Position numbers and translations under genes: made by a program
The notes under the pieces: generated by a model
Databases searched by the model: none
What the model saw: the letters and a program-made list of their open reading frames with translations, nothing else
What the model was told of the DNA's origin: nothing
In this document: positions 58,524 to 64,000 of the stretch, piece after piece
How positions within the stretch are numbered: the first letter of the stretch is position 1
Layout of the letters: the number at the start of each line of letters is the position of its first letter
Assembly: GCA_964016885.1 (NCBI GenBank)
Contig: OZ024743.1
Location: 158,782,001 to 158,846,000, forward strand
From: Eledone cirrhosa
Taxonomy: Eukaryota
Direction: 5' to 3'
DNA: 64,000 nt

Positions 58524-61500
58524 ATGGCTATGCTAAGAGTAGGCTGTTTAAATGCGCGTGGCCTGGGCTCAACTTGGAAGCAAGCAATGCTTCTAAATGA
58601 CCTCAGGTCACAACGTATAGATGTGATGGTTATTTGCGAGGCCCAGATCAGCAACGTGCGACAGCTGGCCCCCACCTTTGATGACTTTGAGATGCACGCA
58701 TCTCTCTGTCAGCCCGGAGGTGGGGGTGGAGTTGTCGTTCTGCTGCAAAAACATCTGGGTCTCGCAACACAGATGGTACATTTGGACCCGGAGGGTCGAC
58801 TAGTGGTTCTGGACCTTGGCAGTGGTAAAGGCGGAGCGTTTAGGTTGGTAGCCGCCTACGGCCCTTTCGGGTCAATGCGGCCGGACTTCTTCCATCGTCT
58901 GGAGACTTTTCTAGGGACGTCCCGCTCCTTGCTATTAGTGGGGGACTGGAATGGTATCCTAGATGCACGCTGGGACTACGTAGGGGCCTGCCCCGATAGA
59001 GAGGGGTGTAATAGCCTCAAAGGGTTAATCGGTCGATTTGACCTGGCCGATAGATATCGACTAGATTTTCTGACTGCGCCAACCTGGACTTGGGCAAATC
59101 GTAGCGGATCATCTAGGTCGTACCTAGATAGGTTCTTAGTTAGAATTAAGGATAAGGACTTTTTAAGTTGTCCAAAAATGCGCATGGTTGGCTATTCAGA
59201 CCACAAATTAGTGACCTGCATGGTCAACCTTGACAGAACTCATAGACAGGGCCCCGGTTACTGGAAGCTCAACTTGTCCTTGCCGGCAAGTAGAGCCTAC
59301 AGGAATCGGATTAGTACGTTAGTTAAGGAACGGTTGACTGGAGCGATCGTCAACAGCAGGTGGTGGGTATCTCTAAAGAGAGAGATTAGATTAGTCTCGA
59401 TAGAATTTAGTAAGGTTCTAGCTGCGGATAGGAATAGGAAGGAAAGGGAGCTAATAGATAGAGTAGAAGAGGCAATTAGAAGCGGCGACGTGGCCAGAGT
59501 GCTAGCGTCGAGAACGGCTTTGAGCCAGTTTTTCGACGCGAAGCACGAAGGCTGCGTTGTCCGAAGTAAAATACGTGCTCTAGGGAACGAGGGGACCAAA
59601 GCTGTTAGCTGGGCCCGCGTGACAGAGGCCAACAGTGGAACTAAATCCACCATCCGGTCTTTGCGAGACCTGGATGGACGGGCGATTCTTGAGCCTAAGC
59701 AGATGTGTGAGGCCTTTCAAAGGCACTTTGCCCGACTGTTCGGGAGGGGCGGGGAGCCGGTTGGGAACGTGGACTTCGGTCCATACCTCGACGGCCTGCC
59801 GCGCCTCTCGGACAGGGAGGCGAAGTCCTGCGAGGAGCCGATTTCGGCCGCTGAGATAGAGGACGTGCTGAGCCAATGCGGCAAACGCAAATCCCCGGGT
59901 CTCGATGGTCTTCCTTACGAATTATATCTAGCTATGCCGGACTTGTTCCCCGATCTCCTCGAGGCGGTCTACTGCAACTGGCAACAGAACGGGAGAATTC
60001 CCTGTACTGTGACCAAGGGCGTAGTCACGCTAGTGAGGAAGGACGAGAACAAGGGGGACGAAATAAGTAACTTCAGGCCCATAACACTGCTAAATACAGA
60101 GTTACAGATTTTGGCCAAGGTGCTAGCAAAGAGGTTGGCGCTTGTCGTGGGCAACCTGGTGGGAGATGCGCAGACATGCGCTATCCCGTCCAGGTCCATC
60201 CATGACAACCTCCACCTCATGCGATACATCATAGAGAGGGTTGGGAACGAACCCGGCTTTGGTGGGGCTCTGATCAACTTGGATCAATCTAAGGCGTTCG
60301 ATAGGGTCGACCATGGTTACCTGGATGCGGTGCTAGCGGCGGCAGGCTTCGGACCCGTTTTCAGGGGCTGGATCACTGCTATGCACAGCAGCCGCATCTG
60401 CTCTAGGGTCAAGGTGAACGGCTACCTCTCGGAGCCGTTCAAAATCGCGCGGTCCATCCGACAAGGGTGCCCTCTCTCCTCCCTTCTGTATGTGTTGACT
60501 CTCGAGCCACTACTGCGGAAGTTGGAGTTGTTGCAGGGCATCCCTTTGGAACCGGGATTGCGGAAAGCGGTGTCGGCCTACGCCGATGACGTGACAGTAA
60601 TGGTGTCGACGGCCTCCGAAATCGAGGCGGTCGGCACCTTATTGGAGGAGTACGAAAAGTTCACAGGGGCTAAGCTGAACCGGGACAAGTCGATCGGTTT
60701 GCAACTCGGCACGTGGAGGGGCAGACCGATGCCCTCCGATGGCGTCGTCGGACGCTGGACGGAGGGCCCGGTGAAGTTGCTCGGGGTCTGGTTCGGACCG
60801 GACCTCCAGGTGGAGAAAAACTGGGCGGAGGTTACGAACAGGGTGTTTGCACTGACCCAGAAGTGTTGCAAACTATCCCTGAAAGGTCGGGCGGAGGTGG
60901 CGAACACCTACATAGCGTCCGTCATCTCCTACCGCCTGACCGTAGTGCCCTGCCCAAGGGAAACCCTCACCAAGAAGGAGCGCGCGCTCTTCCAATTCCT
61001 TTGGAAGAGGCGGGCTCCTATGGTGAGGAGATCCATCTGCTGTCAACACCCTTCGAAAGGAGGGCTGGGGATGCCGTGGCTAATGATGCGTAAACACGCA
61101 TTAAGGCTACGGCACCTCTACGTATTCCTCACCGGACAACCGGTGTGGGCCTCGTTTGTGAGACGAACCTTTCCCAGACTCGTCTCACTCACCGAGCTGC
61201 AATCCTGGGTCAAGCAAAGACCGAGAAAACTGGGCGCCTGGCACACTGAGTGTGCCCAGGCGCTCACCGCCCTCTGGCAGGCGGATCCGGTTATCAGTGG
61301 AGACTCCACCGCAAGATTCTATAGAGGGCTGGTACGCAGCAGGTGCGACGACGCCCTCGGAGAAGCCCTAGACATGGAGGAGGACGAACTGGCCAGCCTG
61401 TTCGGTAGGACATTCAGCCCGGGACCTATGGACAACTTCCAGAAGTCCCTGGCCTGGCAGTGCTACCGAGGGGCTTTACCCGTTCGAGAAAGGCTCTACA

Positions 61501-61955
61501 GACACGGGCGCCCGGGTAGGGACCCCGCCAAAAAGATCTGTCCCAGATGCGTGTGCGACGAGGAAACCGTTGCACACGCATTGGTACACTGCTCGGGCGT
61601 AGCCGATCTGTGGGGCTATGTCGAACAACTGCTGTCAAGGGTGGGACCGATCCGGTTGACCACCGAGTCTATTGTAATGATCAAGCCGCCTCCCCCCTTC
61701 AAAGATGAAGCAGAGGCGGTGTTTCTGTGCGTAATAGCCATGGCGAAAGAGGTTGTATGGTGGACGCGTCTGAAAGGACTGAGGTCAGGCACCTTTCTCT
61801 CTGGCCAACAACTGGTCCGTTTCTTCCGATATCATTTCGGAAGAAGGATCAGGATGGAGAGAGAGGTGCTGCACCCCAGCCGTTTCTATGAAAGATGGGT
61901 GAAAGTGGCGAGAATGGCCCGTGTGAATGGGCCTTCACTCTACATCAGACTATAG
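58524..61955 (+). CDS. Tx1 ORF2: APE endonuclease + reverse transcriptase + C-terminal Cys/His (zf-RVT-like) domain, 1143 aa
   Basis: CLNARGL, DPEGR, GDWN, SYLDRF, SDH, GPGYWKLN, KSPGLDG, NFRPITLLN, DQSKAFDRV, QGCPLS, AYADD, GGLG, CPRC..ETVAH..HC; ATG in CACCAACATGG as in the other families. Confidence 0.95.
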   Translation: MAMLRVGCLNARGLGSTWKQAMLLNDLRSQRIDVMVICEAQISNVRQLAPTFDDFEMHASLCQPGGGGGVVVLLQKHLGLATQMVHLDPEGRLVVLDLGSGKGGAFRLVAAYGPFGSMRPDFFHRLETFLGTSRSLLLVGDWNGILDARWDYVGACPDREGCNSLKGLIGRFDLADRYRLDFLTAPTWTWANRSGSSRSYLDRFLVRIKDKDFLSCPKMRMVGYSDHKLVTCMVNLDRTHRQGPGYWKLNLSLPASRAYRNRISTLVKERLTGAIVNSRWWVSLKREIRLVSIEFSKVLAADRNRKERELIDRVEEAIRSGDVARVLASRTALSQFFDAKHEGCVVRSKIRALGNEGTKAVSWARVTEANSGTKSTIRSLRDLDGRAILEPKQMCEAFQRHFARLFGRGGEPVGNVDFGPYLDGLPRLSDREAKSCEEPISAAEIEDVLSQCGKRKSPGLDGLPYELYLAMPDLFPDLLEAVYCNWQQNGRIPCTVTKGVVTLVRKDENKGDEISNFRPITLLNTELQILAKVLAKRLALVVGNLVGDAQTCAIPSRSIHDNLHLMRYIIERVGNEPGFGGALINLDQSKAFDRVDHGYLDAVLAAAGFGPVFRGWITAMHSSRICSRVKVNGYLSEPFKIARSIRQGCPLSSLLYVLTLEPLLRKLELLQGIPLEPGLRKAVSAYADDVTVMVSTASEIEAVGTLLEEYEKFTGAKLNRDKSIGLQLGTWRGRPMPSDGVVGRWTEGPVKLLGVWFGPDLQVEKNWAEVTNRVFALTQKCCKLSLKGRAEVANTYIASVISYRLTVVPCPRETLTKKERALFQFLWKRRAPMVRRSICCQHPSKGGLGMPWLMMRKHALRLRHLYVFLTGQPVWASFVRRTFPRLVSLTELQSWVKQRPRKLGAWHTECAQALTALWQADPVISGDSTARFYRGLVRSRCDDALGEALDMEEDELASLFGRTFSPGPMDNFQKSLAWQCYRGALPVRERLYRHGRPGRDPAKKICPRCVCDEETVAHALVHCSGVADLWGYVEQLLSRVGPIRLTTESIVMIKPPPPFKDEAEAVFLCVIAMAKEVVWWTRLKGLRSGTFLSGQQLVRFFRYHFGRRIRMEREVLHPSRFYERWVKVARMARVNGPSLYIRL

Positions 61956-62242
61956 GTGAGGAAGATGAAAGACCAAGGGAGCACCCCTTCTCTGTGCTCC
62001 TGAGGAGAAGGGTTGCACACTTTTTTCGGGGGTGTGTGCGACCCCCCAAAGCGCCTCCTCTCTATTGAGGATTTTGTTAAAAATTTTATTTTTTGTTATA
62101 TCTTATTTTATTTTTATATTTTGTTATTGCCTCCTCCTTATTGAGGACGCCTTTTTGTGTAAACTCCCTCCTTTGTACTTGTCCCACTTTTGATGCCCTA
62201 GTGGCAAATAAAAGAAACATATCTATCTATCTATCTATCTAT

Positions 62243-62309
62243 CTTGTGGCTAATAAAGAAATATAGCGCCCTTGTGGTTAATAAAGAAATATATCTATCT
62301 ATCTATCTA
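62243..62309 (+). mobile_element. Two ultra-short Tx1 3'-terminal stubs in tandem
   Basis: CTTGTGGCTAATAAAGAAATATA then GCGCCCTTGTGGTTAATAAAGAAATATA-(TCTA)n, matching the alpha terminus. Confidence 0.85.
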
Positions 62310-63638
62310 TGGGCCGAGTGCAAACTATCCTTGAAAGGTCGAGCGGAGGTGGCGAACACTTTTATAGCGTCCGCTATCTACTACCGCTTGACCATCGTGC
62401 CTTTCCAGCCAAAACGCTCGCTAAAATGGAGCGCGTGCTCTTCCAATTCCTTTGGAGGAGGCGGGCTTCTTTGGTGAGAAGATCCATCTGTTGCCAACAC
62501 CCTTCCAACGGAGGGCTGGGGTTGCCGTGGCTGACGATGCGCTAACACGCGCTCAGGCTATGGCATCTCTACGTATTCCTCGCCGGACAACCGGTGTGGG
62601 CCCCGTTCGTGAGGCGAGCCTTCCCACGACTCGTCTCGCTGACCGAGCTGCAGTCCTGGGTCAAGCAAAGACCGAGAAAAATGGGCGACTGGCACATCTA
62701 ATGTGCTCAGGCGCTCACAGCCCTCTGGCAGGCGGGCCCGGCGATCAGTGAAGACTTCACTTCGTCTTTCTATAGAGGGTTGATCCGCAGCAAGTGCGAC
62801 GACGCGCTCGTTGAAACTCTAGGTGTAGAGGAAGACGAACTGGCCAGTCTGTTCGTTAGGACCCTCCGCCCGGGACCGATGGACAACTTCCAAAAGTCCC
62901 TGGCCTGGCAGTGCTACCGAGGAGCTCTACCAGTTCGAGACAAGCTCCAGAGACGCCCGGGCAGGGACCCTTCGAAAAAGATCTGTCCGAGGTGCGTGCG
63001 AGACGAAGAAACCGTCGCGCACGCATTCGTACACTGCCCGGGCGTTGCTAACCTGTGGGGCTATGTGGAACGACTACTGTCGTGGGTGGGACCAATCCGC
63101 TTGACCACCGAGTACATTGTCACGATCAAACCGCCCCCCCTTCAAAAACGAAGGAGAGGCGGTTTTCCTTTGTGTGATAGCTATGGCGAAAGAGGCTGTA
63201 TGGTGGACAAGGTTGAAAGGGCTGAGGTCAGACACCTTTCTCTCCGGCCAGCAACTGATTCTTCTTTTCAAATACCACTTTAGAAGAAGAATCAGGATGG
63301 AGAGAGAGGTGCTGTACCCCCAGAAAGTTTTATGAAAGGTGGGTGAAAGTGGCGAGAATGGCCCGAGTGAATGGGCCTTCTCTCTATATCAGCCTGTAGG
63401 CTGAGGAAAAGGAGGAGGATAGGAAAGGGGTACAAACTCTTCGTACTCCTGGAGATGAGGGTTGCACATTTTTTCGGGGGTATGTGTTTCCCATATGTAA
63501 TGTCACCCCCTATTGGGGGAAAATCAATTAACTTTTAAATTGTATTTGTGATAGTATTTTACACGTTTTTATTGTATGTAAACTTCCCCCTTTGAATTTG
63601 TCCCCTTCTTTTGTGCCGCTGTGGCTAATAAAGAAACA

Positions 63639-63693
<55 letters not shown>
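62310..63693 (+). mobile_element. Tx1-like LINE unit 6 (beta), 5'-truncated, disrupted
   Basis: Starts at WAECKLSL (cf. 47943); TAG 63397-63399; AATAAAGAAACATA-(TCTA)n. Confidence 0.94.
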
Positions 63694-63846
63694 GGAAAAT
63701 CGACTAACTTTTAAATTCCATCTGTGATAACATTTTACACGTTTTTATTGTATGTAAACTTCCCCCTTTGTATTTGTCCCCTTCTTTTGTGCCCCTGTGG
63801 CTAATAAAGAAATATATCTATCTATCTATCTATTTATCTATCTATC
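63694..63846 (+). mobile_element. Tx1 beta 3'UTR-only stub (about 120 bp plus tail)
   Basis: Matches about 56258-56376; AATAAA 63803. Confidence 0.92.
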
Positions 63847-63990
63847 ACTTACATAGCGTCCGTCATCTAATACCGCTTGACAGTCGTGCCTTGTCCCCGC
63901 GAATACCTCACCAACTTCCACTGGAAGAAACAGGCTCCATCGGTGAGGAGATCCATCTGCTGTCAACACCCTTCTAACGGAGGGCTGGGC
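63847..63990 (+). mobile_element. Start of another 5'-truncated Tx1 unit at the window edge
   Basis: TYIASVI.YRLTVVPCPREYL...WKKQAPSVRRSICCQHPSNGGLG with a small deletion. Confidence 0.85.
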
Positions 63991-64000
63991 ACACGTGTCT

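Larger units (their letters stand above)
56488..62242 (+). mobile_element. Tx1-like LINE unit 5 (gamma), full-length, nearly intact
   Basis: 5'UTR, ORF1, intact ORF2, 3'UTR, AATAAAAGAAA-CATA-(TCTA)n. Confidence 0.96.

Overview
Repeat-saturated eukaryotic (animal) genomic DNA with no confidently identifiable host gene; the tRNA-derived SINE and the (TA)n/(TATG)n/(TATC)n landscape resemble octopod cephalopod genomes (from memory, unverified). The window is a mosaic of retroelements, each group tied to its own microsatellite. (1) A ~24-kb head-to-tail, same-strand array of Tx1-like (L1-group) LINEs from three divergent families (called alpha, beta, gamma here) spans 39.9-64 kb. Every unit ends AATAAA-GAAA-(TCTA)n instead of poly(A), and one copy keeps an intact 1143-aa ORF2. 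(2) Two tandem R4/Dong-like RLE LINEs are nested in (CATA)n. (3) Many Penelope-like elements (Neptune-like and Naiad-like) lie in (TA)n, often inverted, fold-back or chimeric, with hammerhead-like cores. (4) SINEs and RTE fragments are scattered between these. The most novel candidate: in all three Tx1 families the ORF1 end carries a consensus 5' splice donor (GTRAGT) and the ORF2 stop TAG forms a plausible 3' acceptor, so ORF2 may be a removable intron giving an ORF1-only mRNA. The Tx1 UTRs also keep hairpins with compensatory changes, and the SINE 3' end mirrors the Tx1 terminal stem-loop. Most short ORFs in the supplied track are microsatellite artefacts.
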